Origin: Octopus sinensis
Taxonomy: Eukaryota
DNA length: 64,000 bases
Assembly: GCF_006345805.1 (NCBI RefSeq)
Contig: NC_043000.1
Span: 99,386,001 to 99,450,000 of the forward strand
Direction: 5' to 3'
Below the pieces are notes generated by a model. That model ran no database searches and was not told where the DNA came from. It saw only the letters and a program-made list of their open reading frames with translations. How positions within the stretch are numbered: position 1 is the first letter of the stretch; every line of letters begins with the position of its first letter. The translations under genes and the position numbers were made by a program. Positions 39,577 through 52,794 of this stretch are shown here, piece by piece.

Positions 39577-39801
39577 TGCATACATACATATATATCGTAG
39601 GTAAAGCAATTAACACAAAAGGAAGAAAACAATTTAAGAGGGCTAAGTTTAGCAAAACTTGCATTACTATATTCGATGTCATAAAAGACACACAGGTGTA
39701 TTAGATGATACATCCCAATTTCAGTTGTGCATATACAGGGAATATGCTAGTGTACCATCTTTCTAGGAATATAGCATTACTAGGAGGAGAAGATTCCCAG
39801 C
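38956..39801. repeat. Tandem triplication, ~280-bp unit
   Basis: Units start GCAAAGCCTGG at 38956, 39243 and 39524; a few substitutions between copies. Confidence 0.95.
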
Positions 39802-40324
39802 CCCCTTGCTCCTGCCCCTTTTAGTTGCCTCTTATGCCACACAGGGAATACGGTGACTACATTCTACCGATTCCCCCTGCCCCCAGTCGCAGGGGGGTTT
39901 GCTAGTTAACCCATAGCTGGGATTCTTACAGGTGCTACCACTCTGGGCGAGAGCAGACCTGGGAACAATAGTGGCTAAGAGGTGGTTCTACAGTCCTCAA
40001 ACCCTGAAACCAGGGTCCCACTACTGGATGTAGTTTATAGTCATACCCAGCTGGGAAATGAATGTAATGCCTAGTGTGTGTCTTGTTGTGGTTACCCACT
40101 CCTAAGAAAAAAAATGGGGAATAGGCCTAGGTATATAAAAGAATATTACATGTAATATACAGGGAAAATTTTTTTACTACATTAAAGCATGTAATATAGG
40201 TCTAACTTAACATTTAGGATCAGGTGATTGCTTTTGAGACATGTTTTGGGGAAAACAGTGCCTCTTATATGCCATCAAATATGATAGTTTACAAGAAACT
40301 GTTTTGACATTTCAGACACTAGTC

Positions 40325-40628
40325 CAGAGGTTCCCAAAGTGGGTGATATTGCCCTCCGGGAGTGGTGGAAAGATCCAGTGGGGCGCTCAAGAAAAGTGAG
40401 ATGATATTGAAGTGGCCAAAATGGGGTGATAGATGTAAAAGAAAAAAAAATTATATTTTTAATTAGGTTTAGATTTTATTTGTGAAATACAAATATTTGT
40501 TTTGAATTTGCTGCAGAAAGAGGTCTATGTTTGTGGTAATGAGTTTGATGTGTGTGTGTGTAGGGGCACTGGGGATGTGGCCTGGGTGCCAAAGTGGGGC
40601 AGTAGCCTGAAAAGTTTGGGAACCCCTG
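40325..40628. mobile_element. hAT (Charlie-like) MITE, 304 bp, 8-bp TSD
   Basis: CACTAGTC|CAGAGGTTCCCAAA ... TTTGGGAACCCCTG|CACTAGTC. Confidence 0.9.
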
Positions 40629-42844
40629 CACTAGTCTTTCATTAGAAGGAAGTTGGTAAAGAAAAGTAATGTAGGAAAGTGAATGAGAAAATGTAGCTGA
40701 CAAGAAAAAAAAAATGAGGGTGTTGGGAGCCAAGCGAGGAGGTGATTCTATGAGGATCCCAGAAGGGAGAGGGTGCGGGAAATGTTCACATATAGGAGTG
40801 TATTCATGGGGAGGTGTGTGCATGCATTTCTTTTTTGGTGGTGAGATAGTGTACGCAGTGTATTTTGACTTGGTTCTCTTCCTGATGCTGACCCACTCAG
40901 CTTCCACTTATAATGCAGAAATATGATGTACTTATTCCGCAGGGCATTATATTTACATTCATACACACCCTGCCATATACACACATGCGTACACTATGTG
41001 TGTATATGGATGTGTGTCATATTGAAGATATGTGACTACACATAAAAGGACTAATATGAAAATATAAAATAAAATCATTAATAAGATAAATTTTACTCAA
41101 ACACAGCTGTTTATTCAGTATAACATAATTTGGAAGGAAAGCTGTTTCTATACATACAAATATATGTCTATTCATACAGATATATTCTATATGTACAAAT
41201 ATCATCATCATCATCGTCATTTTATATCAGCTTTTTCTTGCTGGCATGGGTTGGATAAATTTCCATGGTCTTGTCCAAGTTAGTTTTATTTGTAATTACT
41301 ATCCTCATAGACAGATTGAGGTGCATATTTCTTTCATGCATTTCCATTTTTAGCATGGTTTCTACAGCTGGGTGTCCTTCCTGGTATCAGCCATTTTCCT
41401 GGGTGTACTGGATAGATTTTTTTAGGAGCACCTACATGAGAAAGGTTGTCATGTCTTTGGTATGATTTTAGAGTACTCCCAACACTATATTGCCAGTACT
41501 TGCAAGCCAAATACTTTACAGAGTGCACTGGGTGCATTTTATTGTGGGTAACAGCACTGGTTAGGTTCTGTTGATGCAATGGTATAGCTAAAATATGTGC
41601 TCCCTGAAGCAGCCCTTAACTTTGCTTGATATGTCCCCTATGTTCCAAAGCCTGTACAGGCTGATACAATAGACACTAAAGTGCTGTTCCATAAAACCCA
41701 GTGTGGCTTACCCACTCCCAGCTATGTTCTGTAGTGTTTGTTCTATCATGACAGTATGACCCAAAGAGGTGAATCATAGAATATGACCTTGGATGAGAAG
41801 ATGGAAGAAGTGAGAACACAGCAATGGTTGAAAGTGGGGGATATGCATGCTAGAAGGTGTGAATTAGAGTAAGGGGGTCATAGGGGAGGGAGTAGTGGAA
41901 AAGTCAGTACTAGGAGTGCTAGGAGCCTCACTGGTCTTGGAGAGCCTGTGTAGACTAGTCACTGCTCCTTGCTCCAGACTCAGTTAAGTCAAATATCTGT
42001 GTGTGTGTGTACATATATATATATATACATACATGATGGCAGTTAACTTGTAGATGAATATGACCATCACTGACAAAGCAACGCCTGTGCAAAAATTTAG
42101 GTCCAATAAGGCTTGCATAGCAGCTCATTAACCTTCTCCATCCTCATGAAAAGATCCAGAGATAAGCTGAGACAAAACGTCTTGTGCCATTATCAGTTGC
42201 TGGCTCAAGAATGCGGAAAAACCTTTATCTCAAGTGTATGCAAAAGATCCCAATATGTATGTATGTATGTAATTATGTATATGTATACACACAAACACTT
42301 ATATTTGTGTGTGTTTGTGCTTATATAAATACTTACATACATACACACATACATATATTTTCTTACACATATATATGCACACACACACACATGTATTTAT
42401 GTGTATATACATACACATCTATCTATCTGCCTGCATGCATGCATACATACATACATACGTACGTACGTACGTATATCGTTGCTATTATGCAAAAAATGTC
42501 GTAAGTCCAAAACGCTGCTTTTTCAGAAAACGGAAAAAAAAAGTTTCATTATTCTATTTCTTTGTACATTAGCAACGGTTTCAGCTTAACAATAATACTT
42601 TGTTGGGCGCATAAAATCGTAATTCCATGCATGTATGATATTTTCGGTCAGAAATAGTTTTGCAAAACTGTCGTATGTGGGACTTACTACACTTTTGAAA
42701 AATGCTCAACCGTTGTACTATACTTTGATAATTATCATCAGAAACAGCTGGAGATACGATAGTTTAACGAAAAGAACTGGCTATTGCAAGCAAAATTAAA
42801 TATTGAAAAAAACGCATTTCGCCAGATTTGGACATATGACATTT

Positions 42845-43253
42845 GGCGATCTTTCGTCTCTAGTAGACCTTTCCGTCGATTTCCGTAAAAATTTTTTTTT
42901 TTTTTACATATGGGCTTGCGGGAACTTTTGAAGTAATATACATACATATACACATACACCGAGTAAAATATTTCAGTTATCTCTTTCTTTCATACATTGC
43001 TCTGTCTCTTCACACACACTAACAGAAGCACTTCACTTACACAACATACTGTCTGTCTCCCACACCCCATCAAACACACGTCCATCAATGCTCCCATGCA
43101 CGGTAACTTCAAAAGAACTTCCCTCGTCATACAATCGCTTTCTCTTAGTCTCTTTCGCTCTCATTACTTCAAAAGTTCCCGCAAGCCCATATGTAAAAAA
43201 AAAAAATTTTTTACGGAAATCGACGGAATGGTCTACTAGAGACGAAAGATTGC
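42845..43253. repeat. ~90-bp inverted repeat pair (42845-42937 and 43164-43253)
   Basis: ATCTTTCGTCTCTAGTAGACC..TTACATATGGGCTTGCGGGAACTTTTGAAGTAAT and its reverse complement; (CCCTAA)n array nearby at 43445-43483. Confidence 0.8.
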
Positions 43254-44289
43254 CTGACATTTTAACATAACAGCAAGGATGGAAAGACCCCCCCCCCCAT
43301 TTTCTCGCAAATTGTTATATTTTTTTAGCCAAAACCCACGTTTTCGGATATGGAGATTCCAGAAAATTGCCAAAAATCGAAATTTTGAAATTATTTGCGC
43401 CCCCTTACCCCTTCCCCCAATTTCTTCATTTTACACTTTTTCCGTAACCCTAACCGTAACCCTAACCCTAAAACCCTAACCCTGAGTAGAGAAATTTTTG
43501 AAAATTTTTTCAGAATCATAATCTCTGTATTTTTCCGCATTTTTTGAAAAAAGATTCTGAAAAAAAAAATTGAAAATGAAGACTGGGGAGGTGGGGGGGG
43601 GGATTTCAAAATGCCGATTTTTGCCAATTTTTTTTGCAGATTCGTATTCTCCGTATTCTCCGTAGCCGAAAACATGTATAGAAAAAATATATAAAGTCTT
43701 GCTGCAACGATGTATATTCTTTTACTTGTTTTAGTCAACTGACTGCCGCCTTTAGATATAAAAATTTAAAAACTTCGGGGGGGACTTGAAATAATTGGTT
43801 TTTAATGGTTTTACTGAAATTAGATTAAACTATAGACAATAGCGTGTAAATATTGGGTAAAAAAAAAGCACTTTGGATACAAAAAGTCAAAGGCTGCCCA
43901 TGGGGCCTCGAACCTACATCTTCTGTATACATGACATTGGAACAACATATCGTTACTTTGCATATCACATGCTTTTCATTGACAGACTTACATTTGTATA
44001 CCAGAAAGATATCTTTTCGGTGTTTAAACATATTTTGTTGTTATTGTTGAAGATAAAGAAATTTAAAAACCTGGTTATTATTAATGTTATTATCATTATT
44101 ACTATTGTTGGCCCTTTGATCTGTAAAAATAAATTATAATAATTTTTGTTATAGTTGTTACTGGATTTTCTGCTTTCTTATTTGATGTTTCGCTGTAGAT
44201 ATTTTTCACTAGTGTCTTCCGACTTTTCTCAATCTGGCTTGCATTTTTGCCAAATAAAGCGAATAATGTTAACATAAATTTCCACTTTA

Positions 44290-45130
44290 AGTCGGCGAGC
44301 TGGCAGAATCGTCAGCGTCTCGGAAAAACTGCTTTGCGACACTACTTCTGATTCTGAGTTCAAATTTGAGATTGGCTTTACCTTTTATCTTTTCGGAGTC
44401 GATTAATTAGGTAATAGTGAAGCACTTGGGCTAATTTAATCAACTAGTCAGCTCCCCTAAAATTTCAGACCTTGTGCCTATAGTAAAAAGGATTACTTCC
44501 TTCAAGGCGGCGTGCGGGCAGAATCGGAAAACTGGTTTGCGGCATTTCTTTACGTTCTGAGTTTAAATTCCGCTGAAGTTGACTTTGCCTTTCATCCTTT
44601 TGGAGATCAATATAATACCAGTTTAGCACTAGGGTCGACGTAATCACTTATCCCACCACCTAAAGTTGCTGACCTCGTGCCAAAATTTGAAACCATTATT
44701 TTTGTACGCGAGTGCGGTTGATTGGCAGATGGGTTTGAACATCTGTATTTCTTCCGATCCTTTGGCGTTCTGTGTTCAATCCTCAGCGGGACCAGTTTTT
44801 GCGTTTCAACCTATCGTGATCGATAAAATAAGGTACCAGTCGTATCCTGTGGCCTATGGTATCGACTAACCTCCTCCCCTCTAAATGACGGGCCTTGTGC
44901 GTATTATACAGACCATTATTCTTTACTACTTTTAAGCGTGTGATAGGCAGAATCGTTTGAATGTAGAGCATTGGACAAATTGCTGTGTGATATCAATTCC
45001 GCCTCTTCACGTTCTGAGCTTGAATCCTGCCAGGGAGCAGCTTTGCGTTTCATCCTTCTTGCTGGCAAAATGAAATATCAGTGAAGTTCTGGAGTTAATT
45101 TAGATGTAATCGGCACTCCTTCGATATTGG
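44290..45130 (+). mobile_element. Cluster of about four degenerate family-B SINEs in tandem
   Basis: Repeated GGCAGAAT..TTCTGAG..TCATCC(T)TT blocks at ~44290, ~44505, ~44720 and ~44945. Confidence 0.7.
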
Positions 45131-45530
45131 CCTAGCTTCTTTTTCTATGTCATGGCTGTATGGCTGAATGACGTCGTCGACTAATATCGAAGGAATGCCA
45201 TATAATCGACTATTACCTCTTCTTAAATATCTGCTCCTGGGCCTATGTTTGAAATAGTTATTTTCTATGTGAGTGGAATACCCATGTTCTTTTTTTTTTC
45301 CAGGTCTCTGCTTCCATATTTTCTACCGTTCCTACGGTATTATATAGATTAACAGAGCATCGTTTTCTACTACTCTATCGAGTTATCTCCTCATATCAAT
45401 TTATCCCTGTATCTAATTATCTCTAAACACGTATTCGTCACCGTATCTCTGTCTATCTATCTATCTTTGCATGTATTTAACTATCTATATGCCTATTTCT
45501 CTCTCTCTCTCTTTTCGTCTATCTATCCAT

Positions 45531-45597
<67 letters not shown>

Positions 45598-45699
45598 GTA
45601 TGTATGTATCTATATATATATATGTATGTATCTATATATGCTAAAAAAAATTCTGCACAATTTTATTTATCTATTTATTACAAAAGTGGTTTATATTTT

Positions 45700-47515
45700 T
45701 GTAGAAGTCCTTTGCATGCCTTCTTGTGTGCAAAACTTTCTACGACGTGACTGAAATCAATATTTCGATTGCGTTACGATTCAGTGCTGATTCGAACTGA
45801 GGCCAACAGACGACCTTGTGACCTGTTTGTTCTGAGATAGTTGTTTACTAGTTTAAGCTTATGGAAATGCATGTTTTATCCAGACGACTGTTATACAGAC
45901 ATCGTCAGGAATTCGGAGTGATTCACAGAGATGTGGAACTATGTTTTCCAACTTGTGTATTTTGTTGAATAAATCCATGGGTTTTACTTGCAAATTCTCG
46001 AAGTTGCCACGGTGTATCAAATTTTTCATGTAGATTAATTCAATTGACAGTTCTTTGTCATTTATATATCAGCATTGCTAATTTCTCCAAATAATATACA
46101 CTTTGTGGTCAAAAGATTTTTCCGATATAGATTGCCATAAGAATTTTCTTTGCAGCTTCATATCTTTTTCTTTGACCATGAATGATAGAATTGACAGTGT
46201 TATACAAAAAGAATGAAAAAGAAAAAAAATATCTGAAGCAATGATTCTGCATATTCGTCAGGATCTTTTTTTGTCTGGCTTCACCACTTGACTGGTTCTC
46301 AAACGATAAATAAAAATAAAAAGATATATAAAATAATCTTTCGGTTTCTCTCATTTGTCTTTTGTTTGATTTCAATTTACAGACTGTTAGCGATTTTTTT
46401 TTTCTGACAGCAGAATGTCAAATTGATTTTGTATGGGTTCTACATCATTTCGATGATCATTTGAATATCGTCCACTTCACTATCAACAATGGCCTTTCTT
46501 ACCTGTTAGAGATGTTAATAAGAGCAAGAGTATCGAAGCAGATGGATGATATGCAATTCATCTGAAATAGAGCAGGAATTTAAAGGTCTCCATTGTTTCT
46601 GGAGACTGATTAAATTTGAAAGATCACGCAGAGCTAAATTAATAACATTGCGATTTGATGTAGATAATTTCCCCACTAGATGGCCACCGTTTAACACGTT
46701 AACCAGTGTTTTATCGCAAACTTCACACAAACGCCATATGCATCACCGCCATATACATTTTCATAATTTGAGATAATATTTTATTCTGTCTCTTTCACAT
46801 GGTTTCGAGAATAGTTGAATAACATGAGTGGTAAATATTAATGTTCAATTATGAAATACTGTAAAGTTGGAAAAAAATTTACATTTTCTTGTAAATAAAC
46901 AGTATGCTGTGTGACCGGAAATACATGTGTCGCCGGCAAGTTCCAGTAACTGGCTGTGGCGAATAACGTGTTATTTGATGTGAGATGCAATGATTAGTAC
47001 ACATCTTTTTGAGTGTAAACGTAAAAACACACACTTTCAATAGCTCAAAATGCAAAAAATAAAAATAGAGTGACTTCTTCAGAACAGCACTTTGTTGAAT
47101 CTATATCACAGGAATTCAATGAATGGGTATCCACATGGAAAGAATTTAATAAGAAAAATACTCACTAAAAGCACAAAAGAAAGCGCATACAATATAGAAC
47201 TGGTAAATAGAACCCATCATCGCGTTAACGTATCAATACATTGTAGGAAGGTAGTGAATAGTGATTATGTACCCATGGTTCGATTAATGTGATCAGGTTT
47301 ATGCCTCTTCCCAGGGGCAACTGACGAACGTATTCCAGCCTTCTAACGAACCAACTAACCCAGTCAACGTGATAATATAAGCAGACTTGAGTAAGACTTG
47401 ACTACGTAGATTAATACTTTGTTTAGTTATTTTGTCAATTTATCATAACTTAGCCTTTCAAATTATTTTTGAGCATTATTTAAGGGCCCGGGCTCACCCC
47501 ACTCTTGCCCAACGT
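45700..47515 (-). mobile_element. Highly decayed hAT transposase (C-terminal dimerisation domain recognisable)
   Basis: ~45700-45960 translates to PHLCESLRI/FLTMSV..KLKLVNNYLRT..SQGRL..IST..IDFSHVVESFAHKKA. Upstream similarity and a GC-rich subterminal motif near 47480-47515 are weaker, so the upper boundary is uncertain. Confidence 0.6.
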
Positions 47516-47590
47516 TCTCACAGGATCTGTTTATAAAATGTGTATGTATGCACGTGTGCACTGTGTATCAACATACAAATATGTATGTAT

Positions 47591-47703
47591 GTCATTGTTC
47601 AGTTTTATTTCAAGAGTTATTGCCAATAGAGAAAGAAACGGTTTCTAACCTAGATCCAAGGCTCCTTCATTGAAATTTCAAAATCAACAAGAGGGTATTT
47701 TTG
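47591..47703 (-). mobile_element. R4/Dong-like 3' terminal fragment in (ATAC)n
   Basis: Homologous to 32812-32920; ATAC repeats on both sides. Confidence 0.65.
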
Positions 47704-48377
47704 TATGTATTTATGTATGTATGTATGTATCAGAATTCCCATTTTAACAATTTAAGAACACTCAAAGATAGTTATATTAATTTTCGTTTATCTCTAAAGA
47801 TGTTCAGAATTTCGTCGCACTTCTGCGACGATATGTGTTTGTATGTAAATACTTATATATGTGTGAATGCTGGTGTGTGTGTGTGTGTGGGGGGGATTCC
47901 AGTTTACGTTCATAACCTATAACATCACTGAGTTTTCAAAAACATGCCCTGTAATCATATAACATTAACAGTATTGAAGAAGTTGCATGAAGCAACGAAA
48001 ATTTTAGAAAAGAATAAATAAGTAAATGAGTAGAAAGCGAACCGCTGAGTGTGTTTATTAATAAGGCATTAAAGCAGAATTAATAAGGCATTAAAGCAGA
48101 CACAACAAAATTAACAGTATTAAAAAAATATATTCTATGAATTTCTCCTCACACATGCAGACATATCTTTCACCTTTTATTATACACAGTTTCGACAACA
48201 ATGCTATAAAATTATCTCACATACTGTTTTTATTATTTGATTAATTTGAGAAATGGTTTCCAACGTGAAATGAATGTCAACGCGTGTACACGTAGAAACT
48301 ATGATGTCTGTCTGTTTCTCTCTCTCTCCCTGTCACTCTGTCTGTCTACACACACGCACACACATATATATGTGTCT

Positions 48378-48757
48378 TTTCTACTCTAGGCACAAGGCCC
48401 AAAATTTGGGGGGAGGGGGCCAGTCGATTAGATCAACCACAGTACGCAACTGGTTCTTAATTTATCGACCCCGAAAGGATGAAAGGCAAAGTCGACCTCG
48501 GCGGAATTTGGACTCACAACGCAACGGCAGACGAAATACCTATTTCTTTACTACCCACAAGGGGCTAAACACAGAGAGGACAAACGGATTAAGTCGATTA
48601 TATCGACCCCAGTGCGTAACTGGTACTTATTTAATCGACCCCGAAAGGATAAATGGCAAAGTCGACCTCGGCGGAATTTGAACCCAGAACGTTAAGACAA
48701 ACGAAATACCGATAAGCATTTCGCCCGGCGTGCTAACATTTCTGCCAGCTCGCCGCC
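48378..48757 (-). mobile_element. SINE family B, head-to-tail dimer
   Basis: Same architecture and same junction (48540/48541) as 8630-9000. Confidence 0.85.
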
Positions 48758-48869
48758 ATATTATCTTATATATATAAAACAAAAATGAGGTAAGCGAAAT
48801 AACAGCGGCATGTATTTCAATAGCATTGATACTTAGATAAGTTTCAGCCAGAATTGGCCCAGGCCATGT

Positions 48870-50215
48870 CTAACTTAGTAGCATCTCCTGGAAAAGACAT
48901 TTAATGATATTTCTGATTACAGTCATTCTATGGGCACCATAACCCATTAGATATATCTGGGTGTAAGCGGTTTCTCTGCAATTTGTTGGTGATATCCGTC
49001 TGGGACCCATTTGAGTGTTATGAGAGATTTTTCATCTCTCATGTGTCTTCGCAATGATGTTAAAGAGAACAGGACCAGTTGAGGTGAAATAGTTCTCTCT
49101 TAGTGCTGTGATGTGACGCGAGCATGATTTTTGTAGAGGGCGGATGGCACGGGGACCAAACCATGGGTGAATTTAAAAGCTGATGTCAACATCATTTGGA
49201 ATATTTTTCGCATCATACAAATGATATAGCGCTCACGGTAACGTTGGAGGGAATAACGTTTGAGTTTATCGAGACGATCCCAATTATCAAGACCTATCAT
49301 GCCGTCTATTTTCCTTGTGATCGATCTCTCGAATGATTCAATTTTTATAATATTTTGTTTCGTGAAAGGAGACCACGCTGAACAACAGTATTCATGGGAG
49401 GACGGGCGATGCCAAAGAAGAAGAGAAGGCTAATGGTAATAGGGCGTCTCTAGACCGAAAAGTGTTGAGGATCTAGGAGCACGCCCTACTGGCCATGTCG
49501 ACTTCTTTTTTTTTGTGGGTAGTCCTATTTAAGCAGTTGCCGACAGTTACTCCAAGGTCTCTAGTGGTGTTTGATGCCACGAGGTTTTCGCCCGATGGAA
49601 GAGTGTATAGTAGCTGAAGTGTAGCTTGTTTACCGAAGTGGATTAATTCAAATTTATCCGCGTTTAGCTAAATATTTTGTTTTTCTGCTCATCGGATAAC
49701 AGCGAGCAGATCCAATTAGAGATTAATCCGGTATTCTGTCCTGATGACCTTCAGAAGCTTAGAGTCATCCGCGAAAATTCTAATGCTGCTGTGTTTGATG
49801 ACGTCACTGATGTAAATAATGAAAAGAAGTGGGCCCAATACAGTGCCTTGTGGAACTCCACTGACGACATATGCTGGCTTCTGTTCACCAGAAAACACTC
49901 AGTCCACTTTAACTGTTTCCTTCGGACGTTAGTGTTCGATAGTTTCTTTAATAAGATGCTGTAGTCAACCTCGTCGATGGCCTCGCTGAAGTTCAGATAG
50001 ATGACATCTGTTTTTGGTGCCCAGAGCCTTTAGGATCTCAACAAAGTGATGTAGGAGCTGTGCTAGGCAGTCACTGCCATTGCGGAAACCTTGCTAGTTG
50101 GGAATAAGTAGGCCATTGCTTTCCAGGAAATGAGTTACTCGAGATCTTACCACTTTCTGAAATACTTTGACGATATGAGAAGTAAGTGAGATCGGTCGGT
50201 AATTCACTGCCAGCG
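48870..50215 (-). mobile_element. CR1/L2-group LINE, 5'-truncated RT relic
   Basis: NYRPISLTSHIVKVF, SGVPQGTVLGPLLFIIYISD, IFADDSKL, RDLGV, SLQRYRERY. Exact clade not resolvable by eye. Confidence 0.85.
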
Positions 50216-51334
50216 ATTGAAAACTGGGACAATCGACTAGGACAGGAAATTTTCGGTAATATAGCCAGTGTCCAGTGATTTCTTCCACAGAATAGCTAAA
50301 GTGAATGCCAGTTGATGATGGCACTCCTTCAGGGCTCTAGCAGGGAACTAATTTGTCGGGCCTGCAGCAGAGTTGTTTGTAATTTTGTTAATTAGCTGGT
50401 ATTCGAGGTACTAAGTGTCAAGCACAAGTGTGTCAAATACCATGAAAATGTATTATAATTACCAAATGGCAATTAATGCAAATTCCATTTGAGAAAGGGA
50501 GATAATCTCAGGAATCAAGTATTCGCGAAAATTGACATGCCATTAAGGAGATAGAATTATAGATTATTCGGCGAGAAAGGAAAAGGAAAAGACGACAGTA
50601 AGAAGGATAAAGGAGAGAAGAGAATGATAAAAGGTAATGGATAAGGGAGAAAGAAGAGATGGAGAGAATATATGTGCTAAGTAATGGGGGAAGAAGGTAG
50701 AGGAGAAGGGCCAAGGAGATATGTATATTAGATCATAGCAGTAAAGAAAGTGGAGAAAATAAGTAGTGCTGAAGTTCTTGATGGAGTAAACAGGTGGTGT
50801 GTTTTTTTTTTTTTTTTTTTTTTTTTTTGCTTTCGGAAAGGAAGAGATGAAGTGAATAATTGGAAAGTAGGGAAAGAAAGTATGAAAGAAAAACGAGAGA
50901 AAATAGCTGGACGGGGCAGTAAGTCTAAAATATACAAGCATTAGCGCTAACGGCGGTGTCCCACCAAGGATCCTTGGCTGAAACCGATAACTGAATAATG
51001 AAATATGTATCAAAAAAGTCAAAGGTCATAGGCTCATAAGGCCGGATTGCCTGACGAAAGTCTCCCTACCTCCATCCGGAAGGTATGCCGATCCGTCGCA
51101 GGATTACTCATTTTTTCCAGCTGAGTGAATGGAGCAACGTGAAATGAATTGTTTTTGCTCAAAAACACAATGTGTCGCCTGAACCAGAAATCGAAACCAC
51201 AATCTTACGATCAACAGCCTAACTTCTAAGCCACGAGCCTCCACGTGGTATTTGCATCTATACCTATTATCGGATTTTGTTAGGGCCCCATATAGTAAAA
51301 ATGTGGGTAGAGGGTGGTATGCTAGCAACCTTCT

Positions 51335-51460
51335 CTGCATGTTGTCTCGTGTGGGTCTTGGGTCCAGCCAGCGTGCCGTCATCCCCAGGTAGGACCTGTT
51401 ATAGGACGACCAACAGTCCGTGGTGGTCGCCACTCAGGAGACATCCTTGAGCTATCTAAT
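51335..51460 (-). pseudogene. Isolated hAT transposase fragment around the first catalytic Asp
   Basis: LKDVS*VATTTDCWSSYNRSYLGMTARWLDP matches the hAT TTDxW..SY.GVT.HW motif. Confidence 0.65.
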
Positions 51461-51515
51461 TAAAAATGTTAAATTGTAAAGAGACAAATTGTAAAGCTAA
51501 AATCTTATAATCTAA

Positions 51516-51599
<84 letters not shown>

Positions 51600-51989
51600 C
51601 ATAAATGAGGGCAAGGGATTACTTCTTGACCATAGGCTGAAACAGCTGTAAGGAGCAGTTTATTTGTATTATTTTTATTGTATTATTAATTTGCATATTG
51701 ATGTATATTGTTTTGTTCGATTTTCACGTTCCTATTTATATAATTAATAAATAATATGAAATTGTAATATCTGTAAGTTGATGATCGAAATGAATTTGTT
51801 CCTCCATTTTCTTATTTGAATTATGAATTTACGGTAAAATATTTTACCTTCACCCATTCAATACAATAAAGGATTTAACTGCATTGCAATTATAAGCATT
51901 TATGTATTTAGTATTTGGGTACGTCACCAGCAGTATATGGATATCTGATATCCCATAGTAGGTTACCCTTATAACCCCTATCTTACTTT

Positions 51990-52053
<64 letters not shown>

Positions 52054-52100
52054 GTGAATTGAAGAAATGGAGCTGGACGAAGATTGAACAGAAATCGTTT

Positions 52101-52193
52101 TATTTCATTCTACACGTGTTTCGAAAGGCACAATTTACCAAAATCCGATTGAATAATGAGACCATATTGTGTCTTTCTCTTCAGGAAGAAATA
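52101..52193 (-). ncRNA. Type-I hammerhead ribozyme in the PLE 3' pseudo-LTR
   Basis: Minus strand: stem I UAUUUCUUC / GAA(U)GAAAUA; core CUGAAGA (52184-52178); stem II GAAAGACACAAU / AUUGUGCCUUUC (11 of 12 pairs, 31-nt loop); GAAA (52122-52119); palindromic stem III C-ACGU-G; GUA cleavage triplet (52113-52111). Confidence 0.88.
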
Positions 52194-52794
52194 GGAAATC
52201 CGTTGGAAAAAACAAAAACAGAACAGAGGCGGAGCAAAACAAATCGAACTAGGCTCCTAAGAGCCCATGGCAAAACTGTTTATCAGTGTATGTTGAGAAC
52301 CGGTGGCTGAAGATTTTAACGGGTCAGGCAGCGGTCAATCATGTGGGTGAGGGTGTGTAGATGTTCTTTGTGACCGAGAATAAAGTTCTGACTATTTAAG
52401 GAATATTGGATGTTTTATAAGGGGCGAGAAAAAATCTACTTAGAGACATGTGTGTGTATACTCTTCTATATATGTGTGTGCTGGCGTAGGGGTAGAAAAC
52501 ATTTTTTGTGTACGTGTGTGCGTTTGATCGCTCGGCTGTCAGTGGCTAAACCGCTCTCCACAATGGCTACTGCAGTAAGAACCGTTGGGTGGCAGAAAAA
52601 AATATATATTATGTTTTATGTGTGTGTGTGTTCGTCTGAGCCTGCCTTGTCAAGGTAACCCTCCGTTGTCAAAAAACCAAGCCCCGTTTATCTTACAGGG
52701 GTAATTCCCCTTGCAGTGGTTAATCGTAAATATCTTAAAGACTGTTTCAGAATTTGTTACCAAGGGCTATGGGTGCCGGTATTATTTATAAACG

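Noticed and set aside
42113-42240. QECGKTF as a C2H2 zinc-finger exon
   Set aside because: No C-x2-C..H-x3-H spacing or linker; chance match.
43445-43483. (CCCTAA)n and (TTAGGG)n (15232-15260) as telomere or fusion scars
   Set aside because: Short, imperfect and embedded in transposon-like sequence.
46495-46730. Possible host exon ending at a strong CAG|GTAAGA donor (46500, minus)
   Set aside because: Lies within the decayed hAT transposase region; no supported acceptor or recognisable host protein.
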